From: a virus
Taxonomy: Duplodnaviria; Caudoviricetes
IMG/VR virus record: IMGVR_UViG_2881966637_000002
Location: 1-64,000 of that record
Direction: 5' to 3' (one strand)
Length of the DNA: 64,000 nucleotides
Part shown: positions 53,274-62,473 of the stretch, piece by piece
How positions within the stretch are numbered: position 1 is the first letter of the stretch
Layout: every line of letters begins with the position of its first letter
Notes under the pieces: model-generated
Seen by the model: only the letters and a program-made list of their open reading frames with translations
What the model was told of the DNA's origin: nothing
The model's database searches: none
Program-made: the position numbers and the translations under genes

Positions 53274-55790
53274 TTACTGGGACGACGATAACGCGGCCTG
53301 TTGCTCGGCTGACGCCTGCTCCATTTCTGCATCCATAACCTTATTTTCCCGGTCGGTGTTCGTCTTTATATCGGTCAGCGTCCCTTTGAAATCTTCTTTC
53401 TCCCGGTTATCCGCTACCCGCATCTGAGCGACGAGAATATCCTTCTCAATTTCCATGCGCAGTAGCTCTTTTTCGTGGTCGCGCTGGGCCTGTTTGTCGG
53501 CCAGTTGCATCTGAGCCAGTTGACCCTCTTGCTGGGCCTGTGCCGACGCCCGTTCGGCCACGGCCTCCCGTGCTTTGCGGTAATTGGCGTAGCCAACGGA
53601 AGGATTGGGCGAGAGAATGATCTGCATCAACGCTTCGGCGTCGTCCGAGCCGCCCGACTGCATGAGCAAGGTGACGAGTTGATCCAGGGCCTGCTTCGTA
53701 TCGGAGAGTAACTGACCCGACTCTAACCGGATCGCGAAGTCCGCGCTGCGCAACTCGCGGGTGAGCTGGAGAATTTTCTGCTCGTTTTTGCTGATCACCA
53801 TCAACGCCTGGTTATCGACGGCGTAATGGAATTTGGATACGTCGGCGCAGGTCTGTAGCAGCTCGTTCATGAACTGGCTGTGCTCCCAGTTGAAGTCGAT
53901 ATTGAGCTGCTTTTGATTCGCGATGTTGAGCTGCTGCTGCTTACCCGAGGAGTACGGGCTGGTCTGACCCTGAACATCGGGGCCGGCCCCGACCCGTATT
54001 TCGTAGCTGGTTTGCCAGTCGCGAAACATTTGCCACGCGACTTTGAGCTGTTCGCTGGCGTTGGAGAGCTCGATTGTTTTTAAATGCTGCAAGCCGGCCA
54101 TGTTGCCCGGCTGGTACTTGGTGCTGTCGATCTTGACCACACCGGTCATTTTCGCATTGTAGCGGTAGGCCACCGCGTTTTTACCCTGCGTATCGTCAAT
54201 GATCAGGGCTTTGTCATACCCCATGTCGGCCAGAAACATATCGACCCGCTGCATGAGTACGTTGCCACGGGCCGCGTCGTCCTCCCCGAGCCTGGCCATC
54301 GACTTCTCGTAGCTGATCCGGCCTACAACCGGCCAGTATATTTTGTCCCGCTCCTGGGTATCTTCATCAAAATCAGGTTGGTATTTGTACGGGCCGATGT
54401 CGATAAACGAGTCGTGGCCGATCCGTTTAAACGACCATAGCTGAGGCCGGGCGTATACTTTCACATTGGCCCGGCTTGGTAATTTGGTGCCGATTGGTGT
54501 AAAGTCGATGTCGTAGCCGATCCCACCGCTACGAGCCGTTTGCCAGCTCTTTAGCTCTCTGTCGGTCGCCGGGCTGCGGGTGCCATCGCGATCCACGCGC
54601 TCGACCATGAACCGCTTTTCCCGCAGCATGGTGAAAAAGTTGTGCTGCACCAGCATATTCACCAGCAGCTTGCCCGTCCCGCGCATGGGATAGAACAGGT
54701 TGCGCATCCAGTTCACCTCCGTACTGGTGTAGTCCCTGTTCTCGTCCAGGCAGTAATTGGTGGTGTCGGCTGATATGCCCCGGCTGGACCAGTAGGTGCC
54801 GTACGGGTCGTAGCCGATACGGGGCGCGTTGCGCTCGAACAGCTTTTCCACGTACCGCAACGCACCCTTCACCCCGGTGCCGGTCGCGAGCTGGCCGGTG
54901 CCGAACGTATTGATCAGTTCGGTCGGCGTCATGTACTCGTTGACCTGGATACCGAACACAGCGGGGTCGCTGAGCTGCTCGACGGGTTTACCCGCCATCC
55001 ACCTTACTTCGGCCGGCGTAAGGGCCCTGGCGCACACCCGGCCGTTCTTGACTTCGGTGAACGCGAACTGGCCATTGACCCGGAACTTATGCTTTAACGA
55101 TTTACGACCGATGTCCTGAAAGCTGCACCGGGCGTCAATGTCTTGCAACAGGTCGTAGACAATGCCTTGTACCTGCTCTTGCCCGGTGGCGAAACTCAGC
55201 CACTCGTCGGTGGTTTTGGGCAACTGGATGTTGGGGTCAATTACCGGCGCAACGTGGCCTTCCCCCTGGGCGTACATGGTCTGAAGCATGGATTGCATCG
55301 CCAGCTTCGCGCCTTTCTTCGCGTCGTCCAGAATAGACTTCTGGGCGAAATCGGTATTGATATTGCGGACGCCGAACTGAAACGGCTGGGCCAGGATCTG
55401 GCTGAGAATGGTTTTTTCCGCGCCGTGGAAGAAATGGTTGTCTTTCACCCCTAACGCCGGCTCCTCCCCGAACAGCTTCATCAACGGTTCGTAATCGCTG
55501 CGGTTCAGCTTTCCGGCCACGACGTCATAGAGTCTGGCGTGGTTCGGGTTATGATTGCCGTAGAGCGGGTGGGGGTTGAGCAGCATGTAGTCCGATACAC
55601 GGCGCAGGAACTCAACCAGAAGCAGGGGGTTGGTGTTGAACTCGTCGTTCCAGACCAGGATTGGCTGGTCGAATAGCTGCTTCTGGCGGGCTTCGCTCGA
55701 CGCCTGGTATTGCCACGGCAGTTGGTCATGCCGCGACACATAGGCGTTGTACGCGTTCTGGTGAGCTATCGGTACGTAGTTGGAAACCAT
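53274..55790 (-). CDS. Portal protein
   Basis: 838 aa. N-terminal YDVVAG.LN..DY, PFQFGVRNIN, mid EYMTP.E.I..FG, C-terminal Q-rich crown coiled coil. Size typical of crAss-like portals. Confidence 0.78.
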   Translation of the reverse strand: MVSNYVPIAHQNAYNAYVSRHDQLPWQYQASSEARQKQLFDQPILVWNDEFNTNPLLLVEFLRRVSDYMLLNPHPLYGNHNPNHARLYDVVAGKLNRSDYEPLMKLFGEEPALGVKDNHFFHGAEKTILSQILAQPFQFGVRNINTDFAQKSILDDAKKGAKLAMQSMLQTMYAQGEGHVAPVIDPNIQLPKTTDEWLSFATGQEQVQGIVYDLLQDIDARCSFQDIGRKSLKHKFRVNGQFAFTEVKNGRVCARALTPAEVRWMAGKPVEQLSDPAVFGIQVNEYMTPTELINTFGTGQLATGTGVKGALRYVEKLFERNAPRIGYDPYGTYWSSRGISADTTNYCLDENRDYTSTEVNWMRNLFYPMRGTGKLLVNMLVQHNFFTMLREKRFMVERVDRDGTRSPATDRELKSWQTARSGGIGYDIDFTPIGTKLPSRANVKVYARPQLWSFKRIGHDSFIDIGPYKYQPDFDEDTQERDKIYWPVVGRISYEKSMARLGEDDAARGNVLMQRVDMFLADMGYDKALIIDDTQGKNAVAYRYNAKMTGVVKIDSTKYQPGNMAGLQHLKTIELSNASEQLKVAWQMFRDWQTSYEIRVGAGPDVQGQTSPYSSGKQQQLNIANQKQLNIDFNWEHSQFMNELLQTCADVSKFHYAVDNQALMVISKNEQKILQLTRELRSADFAIRLESGQLLSDTKQALDQLVTLLMQSGGSDDAEALMQIILSPNPSVGYANYRKAREAVAERASAQAQQEGQLAQMQLADKQAQRDHEKELLRMEIEKDILVAQMRVADNREKEDFKGTLTDIKTNTDRENKVMDAEMEQASAEQQAALSSSQ

Positions 55791-55867
55791 TTGGGCCGCA
55801 GCTACCGATATAGGTAAACCTGCGGCCCAAAAATAAAACTATTGTTTAAATATGCAAAAAAACATAT

Positions 55868-56440
55868 CTACAGCTTAACTTCCTTCATCTCGTCAAACCA
55901 CTCTTTTGTCGGAAAGACAGCGTGTTGCATATCAAAGAAAAAGGCTGGGTTTCCCTGCGAGTTGCCATGTAGTTTTGCATCAATGCGAACCAAGACGCCC
56001 ATCTGGCTTAAATCGGTTAACACTTCTACAACCAGATCATAATCCAATTCGGTGTTACGCATGATATGGTCGGGCTCAATTAAAAAGTACACATTTTCTT
56101 CGTGCACCGACTTGAGCATATTAGCTTTTTCAACCCCGGCCATGAACCTGAACACAGTTCGGCTGGCCTCGAACAGCACTACGGCAATTTCCCGAGTAAA
56201 CTCCTTTACGCACGGGGCTGCGTATCTCGCTATCCGATCTTCCACTAGCATGGAGTCGTAGATGCGTTTGGGGCCGATTTTTTCCTGTTGCTCCTCAGAC
56301 CATAAATAAGAAAATCCTATTTGGCATATCTCGTACGGACTTAGGGATTGTCTGGGTTCACGGTCGTTTGAGTGGTTGTGCATTTTAGGTGCCGGGGCTT
56401 CCGCTAAGCAACCTTCTGCGACGCGATTTGAATTGAACAT
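55868..56440 (-). CDS. Hypothetical protein, possible winged-helix C-terminus
   Basis: IMRNTELDYDLVVEVLTDLSQMGVLVR resembles a wHTH. Confidence 0.55.
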   Translation of the reverse strand: MFNSNRVAEGCLAEAPAPKMHNHSNDREPRQSLSPYEICQIGFSYLWSEEQQEKIGPKRIYDSMLVEDRIARYAAPCVKEFTREIAVVLFEASRTVFRFMAGVEKANMLKSVHEENVYFLIEPDHIMRNTELDYDLVVEVLTDLSQMGVLVRIDAKLHGNSQGNPAFFFDMQHAVFPTKEWFDEMKEVKL

Positions 56441-56506
56441 AACTCAGGGGGGTTATTGGTTTATGATAATAAACTGTCTGTAATTGGGCCTTAAAACACT
56501 TTTAGT

Positions 56507-57058
56507 TTACACGATCTCGTTGCGGTCGTAATACGCAAACACCTCGGCCAACTGCGTTTCGTCTTTCACCGTGAACTCCCAATCGTCGGGGGCTACTTCT
56601 TTCTCGATCACGTTGATGTAAAACGTTTTCGGCGTGAAGGGTAACCGGACCCATTGCCGCGACGGTATTTTTTTTCCGTCCGCCAATATCGCACTGCCTG
56701 TATACGACCCTCCGTTTTGGGTTTGCCACACAATGGCGTCGAGGTAGTACGGCTTACCTTCTTTTCCGTTTTTGAACACCGCACCACACCGACTGTTCTG
56801 AAATATGCCCCCATCAACCTCGCCCCACTCATTGTCGTTTCCGGTAATAGGCAGCAGCGGCTTGAAGTTAGCGAGGTCATAAAACAGCTTACTCACCATT
56901 GGAGCTGAGCTGCCCGAGTGGCCCTGCTCGGCAAAAACCGCCATTAAGTCGAGCACGTTTTTTTTAAGGTGCTGGGTATACTCGTCTTTTTCTTCCTGAT
57001 TGTCGGTTGCGATCAGGGCATCAAGCTCACGCTCGGCATGGGAAATGAGATTACTCAT
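56507..57058 (-). CDS. Widespread conserved phage protein (GHSG.SA / PL.PITG..EW family)
   Basis: HAEREL, FAEQGHSGSSA, KPLLPITGNDNEW, FQNSRC..VFK. Function unknown. Confidence 0.7.
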   Translation of the reverse strand: MSNLISHAERELDALIATDNQEEKDEYTQHLKKNVLDLMAVFAEQGHSGSSAPMVSKLFYDLANFKPLLPITGNDNEWGEVDGGIFQNSRCGAVFKNGKEGKPYYLDAIVWQTQNGGSYTGSAILADGKKIPSRQWVRLPFTPKTFYINVIEKEVAPDDWEFTVKDETQLAEVFAYYDRNEIV

Positions 57059-57079
57059 GGTTTTATTATTGTATTTGGG

Positions 57080-57358
57080 TTATTTGGTTGAATTTTCGGC
57101 TTGGTACTGGCCGCAGGCCGGCCAGTTGATCAGGTGATCGGTGGTAACAGAGCTGGATACGCCCCGTTTGGCACATTTGTAGTACCGTTTGCTGTACTCT
57201 ACGTACCGGAGTAGCGCACAGGTCTTGCATTTCGCCCCTTCCGGCCCCGGCCCAAACACTTTTATGCATGGATTGCCGTGTTTGGTGCCCGAATGCCAGG
57301 CTGATCGGTTTGGTTTGGGCGTGGCGTCCGGTATTTCCTGCCCGAACAGATCAATCAT
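57080..57358 (-). CDS. Small Cys-rich (Zn-finger-like) protein
   Basis: CKTC...YYKC...DH...WPAC. Confidence 0.65.
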   Translation of the reverse strand: MIDLFGQEIPDATPKPNRSAWHSGTKHGNPCIKVFGPGPEGAKCKTCALLRYVEYSKRYYKCAKRGVSSSVTTDHLINWPACGQYQAENSTK

Positions 57359-57656
57359 GGACGTAACGGAGGAACTTTAACGCGTGGTAGCCAATAGATC
57401 GGGGGGTCGGGCTGTATTGGAACGTGATGTAACGCCGACAAAGCCGATTTTTAGACACGGTTTCCAGCGAGGCCCTTATTACACCGTCGTTCGTTTTGTG
57501 AACCGTAACGATCACGATTCCCAACAGATGGGTGTACTGATAGATGTGGTTGGACATAACCCACGCCACCATATTTTTTTCCTCAAACAGTAGCTGAGTA
57601 GAGCCGCTGGTCAGTGCATAGGAGGTGTCTTGATCCGGATCGAGCGTATAGGACAT
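57351..57656 (-). CDS. Hypothetical protein
   Basis: 101 aa in a tightly packed run. Confidence 0.5.
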   Translation of the reverse strand: MSYTLDPDQDTSYALTSGSTQLLFEEKNMVAWVMSNHIYQYTHLLGIVIVTVHKTNDGVIRASLETVSKNRLCRRYITFQYSPTPRSIGYHALKFLRYVHD

Positions 57657-57658
57657 GG

Positions 57659-58528
57659 CTATGCGGAGGTTTCAGGTTTATCCAGTAGCTCGGGGCCGAT
57701 GGTGGCCCGTCTGGCGATTACTTTTTGGTAGGATAGCTTGGCTAGATCCTCCAGGCTCATGCCCAGACAGGAGGCCGTGGCGTTGAGGTAGTAGAACACG
57801 TCGGCAAGTTCGACGTTGAATTTCGTCTCGGTAACCTCAAAGCGGAGTGCCTGGCTGTATCGGCTGTCACTGCGAACTTTTTTCTTGATCCGGTCAATTT
57901 CGGACGCGAACTCCACAAATAGAGCCTTATAGTGGGCAATGACTTGTTCAAAAGTCAATAGGTCGTCTATCTCACCGATCTGTGTGTTGTCAGCATATAT
58001 CTCGGCTTCGGCCGCGACCTCCCCTACTTCACCCAGTAACCCGAGTAAGGCGACGGGCTGTATCCGGCCCTTGACATAGCCGATCTGGTGCTGAAGCGCG
58101 GTCAGCTTCGTTACGTAGTTTTGTGTCTCGACTTCCGCGCAATAGGTATTAATAAACGTGATCGGATCAACCCCTTCGTCGCTGGCCAGGTTGCCAATGA
58201 CCAGAGCGCGGTTCGTTTCCTTTGTTAAATTGAGTTCATCTTCAATCAAATAAAACAAACCAACCTTAGCAATCTCCGCGCAATCAAACTCGCTGGTGTC
58301 CATGCTACCGGGTTCGCAGATGCAATACCAGAAGTCGATGTGGTTATGCCGGGTTTTGTTGTTGTACGGCTCAATCACTTTGTTATAATATTTGCTGGCG
58401 ATTTTATGATCCAGTTCAGCTACGTAGTACAAATCGGTATCGTCATGGTAACCGGAACGAAACGGTTTGGAAACTTGGGTTGGCTGCATGTGGTCGATCA
58501 CAGCCTGGGTACACAGGTATTGCTCCAT
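57659..58528 (-). CDS. MazG-like nucleotide pyrophosphohydrolase fused to an unknown N-terminal domain
   Basis: LGLLGEVGEVA ... KKKVR ... ELADVFYYL...A..LGMSLEDLA..S.QK. Confidence 0.8.
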   Translation of the reverse strand: MEQYLCTQAVIDHMQPTQVSKPFRSGYHDDTDLYYVAELDHKIASKYYNKVIEPYNNKTRHNHIDFWYCICEPGSMDTSEFDCAEIAKVGLFYLIEDELNLTKETNRALVIGNLASDEGVDPITFINTYCAEVETQNYVTKLTALQHQIGYVKGRIQPVALLGLLGEVGEVAAEAEIYADNTQIGEIDDLLTFEQVIAHYKALFVEFASEIDRIKKKVRSDSRYSQALRFEVTETKFNVELADVFYYLNATASCLGMSLEDLAKLSYQKVIARRATIGPELLDKPETSA

Positions 58529-58599
58529 TGTTTTAATAAGGATTTTTAGTTGCTTTATTGTTTGACTTTATTGATAAATCTGCCGGACAACGATGTTGC

Positions 58600-59052
58600 T
58601 TATGGCATCTGTTTATGTACGGCTAACCCTTCTTTGATCCAGTTGTTGGTGTCAACGCCAATAGACCGCAGGTAGTCAATGAGGCTGGCGTAAGGAAGCA
58701 TTTCATCGCAGCCAATCTCGCCATCGTTCCAGATCGTTAAGAAAGGTTTGCTTTCATTTGGGTAGCAAAACAGAACATGGTCCCCTTCTTCAGCCTGCGT
58801 TATAACAAAGATGTCTCCAAAATGGGCCACCCACTCTTGGTTTGTTACGTCTGTTGGTAGCCGAAGGACGGGGCGCAGGTAATTTGGCGAAAACATACCG
58901 AAGCCGCCTGAAAAAAGCACCTCGGCTCTTGCCGATAAGCTAACCAAGATTCCACGCTGGCCGTGGTACGGGTTATAAATGCAATCTATCTGCACCTGTT
59001 TGTTGATGCACTGGCCCAGTTGCTGCGGGGTAAGTTGCCTGGTCTCGCTCAT
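58600..59052 (-). CDS. Hypothetical phage protein
   Basis: 150 aa with RPVLRLP.D.T..E and IDYL...G.D...I..GLA, common in Bacteroidota phage accessory genes. Confidence 0.65.
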   Translation of the reverse strand: MSETRQLTPQQLGQCINKQVQIDCIYNPYHGQRGILVSLSARAEVLFSGGFGMFSPNYLRPVLRLPTDVTNQEWVAHFGDIFVITQAEEGDHVLFCYPNESKPFLTIWNDGEIGCDEMLPYASLIDYLRSIGVDTNNWIKEGLAVHKQMP

Positions 59053-59113
59053 GTGGTTGTCGTTTTGGAAACAACCCGACCAGCACGGCCGGCCGGGTGT
59101 CCGAACCTTCCTC

Positions 59114-59725
59114 TTAACTTACTGATTCCGCAAAGTCTATTGCCATCTGTTTAGCGTCGTCCAAGGTCAGGGCGGTCCATTCGCCCCGGCCCCATTTAGG
59201 CGGAAAGGTGCAGAACGCCTGCCCCTGTTTACCGCGCAAGGCTTCGTTGCCGATGGTATCGGCATAGGTCCACGTTATTTTCGCCCCCGGATGGCCTGCT
59301 CCGTCGGTTTGCCCCAGCTCGCCCGATACTAACAGGTGCTCAGGCTCCGTATGAAAGTTTATGGCCCATTCCAAGAAGTCTACTTCATTCGCTGGGCTGT
59401 AGTTAGCCCCGTCTTTCTGAACTGTATAGCCTACTCCAAAGCCGTAATACGCCCGGTGTGACCAGCCGTACCACTTCTGCTCAGCCGGGTTGAAACCAAT
59501 ACAGGCGGTATTGCCGTCCGGGTCTTTTTTCTGGATCTGCTCGGTAATGCCTTTGTTGTACAGCCAGCGCACATCTTCGGTCAGGTTACCGAAGCACAGG
59601 TACGCACCGTCGAGCCGGGTGACGTACATATCAATAGGTTCCTGACCTTCGCCCGGACTCCACGGCTTTATCTCTGCAATTCGCTCAAGCCACTGCTCAA
59701 ATGTTTCCTTTATTTCTGTTGTCAT
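59114..59725 (-). CDS. Conserved hypothetical phage protein
   Basis: CIGFNP.EQKWYGWSHRA.YGFG.G ... GRGEWTA.TL.DAKQMAIDFAESVS. Confidence 0.75.
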   Translation of the reverse strand: MTTEIKETFEQWLERIAEIKPWSPGEGQEPIDMYVTRLDGAYLCFGNLTEDVRWLYNKGITEQIQKKDPDGNTACIGFNPAEQKWYGWSHRAYYGFGVGYTVQKDGANYSPANEVDFLEWAINFHTEPEHLLVSGELGQTDGAGHPGAKITWTYADTIGNEALRGKQGQAFCTFPPKWGRGEWTALTLDDAKQMAIDFAESVS

Positions 59726-59759
59726 TTTGTTAGCCGTTTTGCGCCCGGTCGGCGTTGGT

Positions 59760-59960
59760 TTAAACTATTCGGCCCTCTGGCTCTACCCACACATTTGTAG
59801 GGTCACATGGCGGGGCAGTATCATACACTGTATCGTTGAGAAAATAGGTTACGCGTCCGGCAACATATTCACGTACACAGGCACAATCCTGACAGTTTTG
59901 AGCGGATTCGTATATGGTTTTTTTAATTGGGGTTCCGCCCCACTTGTGACGTTTTGCCAT
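59760..59960 (-). CDS. Small Cys/His protein
   Basis: RHKW...CQDC.C.R. Confidence 0.5.
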   Translation of the reverse strand: MAKRHKWGGTPIKKTIYESAQNCQDCACVREYVAGRVTYFLNDTVYDTAPPCDPTNVWVEPEGRIV

Positions 59961-59967
59961 TTTACTG

Positions 59968-60204
59968 TTATCCGCAGTCTGTGAATAAGTATCGAAGGTC
60001 TTGGTCGGTCAACGGTGTTTTGTCTAGCACCATCCGCAACGTGTTGGCCATTGTACTCGCCTGCATGAACACTAAGCTGAGTTCCTGGCTTCGCTGTGCG
60101 TAGTTCGGCGTTGTTTTGGTAATTTTCAGCTTTTCCAGCAACGCCTGATTACTACGTTTAGTGGCTACCGTTATCAGCTTTTCGATCTCAGCTTTCTTTT
60201 TCAT
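59968..60204 (-). CDS. Hypothetical protein
   Basis: 78 aa, ATGA overlap with the upstream gene. Confidence 0.6.
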   Translation of the reverse strand: MKKKAEIEKLITVATKRSNQALLEKLKITKTTPNYAQRSQELSLVFMQASTMANTLRMVLDKTPLTDQDLRYLFTDCG

Positions 60205-60563
60205 GCGTCGAAAAAGGATTCGATTGCTGAATCTGGAATGTCTATACCGGCTTCCTTTTTTAGATGCTCGGCAAATGCGCTGATCAGGTTCATATTTCGG
60301 TCGGTGCGGGCCATCAGCTCCTCGTCCGCTTCTTCACAACCAACAAGCATTCGTTCCCGTAACAGTTGCAAAGCCTCAATCGCTCTGTCTACCGTCCCTT
60401 GATCTGGAAAGGTGAGTGTAATGTATAATGGTAGCCTCATTGTGTCGTCAATCTCTGGAGAGAAACAGAATCCGCGCTCCCATTTTTCAAACGCATTTCT
60501 TCTAAAGCTGTCAGGGGCTACCACGACGTGAGAAATTGCGATAGGTATGATAATTTCGGCCAT
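60201..60563 (-). CDS. Hypothetical protein
   Basis: 120 aa, A-rich start context. Confidence 0.6.
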   Translation of the reverse strand: MAEIIIPIAISHVVVAPDSFRRNAFEKWERGFCFSPEIDDTMRLPLYITLTFPDQGTVDRAIEALQLLRERMLVGCEEADEELMARTDRNMNLISAFAEHLKKEAGIDIPDSAIESFFDA

Positions 60564-60583
60564 TGTATTGAAGTTTATAAATC

Positions 60584-61189
60584 TTAGACTTCTTTTTTCA
60601 CTATTGTTCGGTTGAATGAGGCTAACGCTGCTTCTCGGCTCGGATAGTAGGCTCCGGTCCAGCTATTAGAATTTCTGGACATGTCGTAATCCCAGCCATA
60701 TTCATAATTGGCTATCCGACCGCGTTTCTCGTGTTTGCACACGCTTTCATAGTTTAGGCGCAACTCGTATTTAAAGCAGGCGATTACAAAACTGACAGCC
60801 TGTATTGTCGCTACCAGTTCAGGTTCCGTAGGCGGTTCGTACCCCTGCCCCAGATGGTAATACCCAAGCCATATTTCGTGAGACGGCAGGCCGGAGTTAA
60901 TTTCCTGTAAGCTGTCTGTGTCGGATTCAATCACCTCTACTTCAACATAGGCTTGGTAATTAAACAGGCTCGCCGTATTGTGTATGTGAGGGCCGAATAT
61001 TTGGGCAAACTCCCAGCCTTGTATGGACACGTATCCATCCGAATCAGCCACGCTTTTGTAAACCTCTACTGGATGGTGGAATTTTTTGGGCAGGTATTGC
61101 TCTTTGCCAGCTTTCCAAACTTCATACCCAGCCTCGGTAAGTTTCACCCATATGGGATAGTTGAGGTTATAGGGAATTTTGGTTGTCAT
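60584..61189 (-). CDS. Hypothetical two-module phage protein
   Basis: N-terminal NLN..I.VKLTE.G...DGY...Q.W.F.QIFG module plus a second aromatic-rich module. Confidence 0.65.
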   Translation of the reverse strand: MTTKIPYNLNYPIWVKLTEAGYEVWKAGKEQYLPKKFHHPVEVYKSVADSDGYVSIQGWEFAQIFGPHIHNTASLFNYQAYVEVEVIESDTDSLQEINSGLPSHEIWLGYYHLGQGYEPPTEPELVATIQAVSFVIACFKYELRLNYESVCKHEKRGRIANYEYGWDYDMSRNSNSWTGAYYPSREAALASFNRTIVKKEV

Positions 61190-61204
61190 GGTTTTAATAA
61201 GGTT

Positions 61205-61729
61205 TTAAAAATATATGCGAATCTGTTTATCCAATCGGGACGGTGGCCATTTCTCAATGACCGACTGCGCGTATTTCTGATCTTTATTGATCAGGGATTT
61301 CAGCGATATGCCGGTGAAAGGGCCGAAGTTGATAATCGTTTCCATTGTCACGATACCAGTTTTGGGCAGCAGCTTACTGTCAAGTTTTTTCAAGCCGTCA
61401 ACCGTTTCGCTGACAGCTACGGGCTCCGCTTTTATTTCAGCACTTTCCCGCTTTTTCTGATCACGGATCGCGACGCGTTTAGTCACGCTTTTTTTCTTGA
61501 CCTCAATCATGTAACCCTGTATGTAATCGCGTACCAAATCACTTACTTTATAATAGGTCCAGGTTTTTAACAGGCGTTTCATCCACCATACATCACGATC
61601 TATTATATCCGCTACGGTCATACCGGCATAAGGCCCGAATAAAACAAGACTATTCATGTCTACTTCGACATTAATATCGTCTTTATTTGCCAGCGGCTTT
61701 AGTAAATTACTTGGGGTGAGTTTGCTCAT
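61205..61729 (-). CDS. Protein with two FG.Y/F.G (DUF3820/ExoX C-terminal-like) repeats
   Basis: LFGPYAGMTVADII..D.WW and INFGPFTGISLKSLI..D.KY. Confidence 0.6.
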   Translation of the reverse strand: MSKLTPSNLLKPLANKDDINVEVDMNSLVLFGPYAGMTVADIIDRDVWWMKRLLKTWTYYKVSDLVRDYIQGYMIEVKKKSVTKRVAIRDQKKRESAEIKAEPVAVSETVDGLKKLDSKLLPKTGIVTMETIINFGPFTGISLKSLINKDQKYAQSVIEKWPPSRLDKQIRIYF

Positions 61730-62027
61730 CTTTTCCGTAGCTTACATATTGCTTGTTGACCTGATATTCTCCCTTCCCTTTTTTCAGCAGCAGGCCGTTT
61801 TTTACCAGATTTTTCATGTAGTTAAACTGGCTCGCTTCTTTAAGCCCGTATAACTGCTCAACGGCCAGCCGCTTTTGCTTCGTGTTGGTCCATAAACCAT
61901 CGGTCCGGTTCATGGTAGCGAGGATATAACCAAATAGCTTGGCTTCGCCAATATGATCGCATTTTGTGATCCACGAACAAGTTCCTTCCAGGATGTTCAT
62001 CTTTAGCCAGTATCGTATTTTGTGCAT
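61707..62027 (-). CDS. Winged-helix DNA-binding protein (RepL-like)
   Basis: LYGLKEASQFNYMKNLVKNGLLLKKGKGEYQVN..YVSYG. Confidence 0.65.
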   Translation of the reverse strand: MHKIRYWLKMNILEGTCSWITKCDHIGEAKLFGYILATMNRTDGLWTNTKQKRLAVEQLYGLKEASQFNYMKNLVKNGLLLKKGKGEYQVNKQYVSYGKDEQTHPK

Positions 62028-62049
62028 TGTGCTGCACGATTATGCTCCA

Positions 62050-62057
62050 CAAATATA
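62050..62057 (-). promoter_or_regulatory. Bacteroidota -7 promoter element (TATATTTG)
   Basis: Exact TAnnTTTG on the minus strand, 22 nt upstream of the ATG at 62027. Confidence 0.65.
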
Positions 62058-62118
62058 GAGTAATCATCTAAAAAAACATATTAATACAATATATTTTTAG
62101 ATAATAAGGCGAGAAATA

Positions 62119-62180
62119 GCAAACTATGTTAGAGTATTACTCTACACTATTTTAGACTTTTTGGCAAACTATGTTAGAGT
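62119..62180 (+). repeat. 17-bp direct repeat GCAAACTATGTTAGAGT x2 (62119-35, 62164-80)
   Basis: Exact copies with 45-bp period. Palindrome AGAGTA-T-TACTCT at 62131-43. Confidence 0.85.
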
Positions 62181-62473
62181 GGAATGTTGCTATATCAGGC
62201 AGTTAGCTCATTTTGGCCCATGCCCCGAACCCTATATATCGCCTATCTGTAACGTTTCATTTATACATGCCGCTTACGCGGACCTGCTACCCCAGTAGCT
62301 GCCCGTTTTTTGGCCGATTTACACAATTATCTTCCCGGTCTGGTGCTGGGACTACCACCACGCCCGGCCCCACACGCGGCCCCGTTTTGTCTACCCCCCC
62401 CTACCTAGTGGTGCGTGCATGGGTAAGGAATCCCTTATAAAAAATGGTATGCTGTGCGTACACTGTCTTTTTT

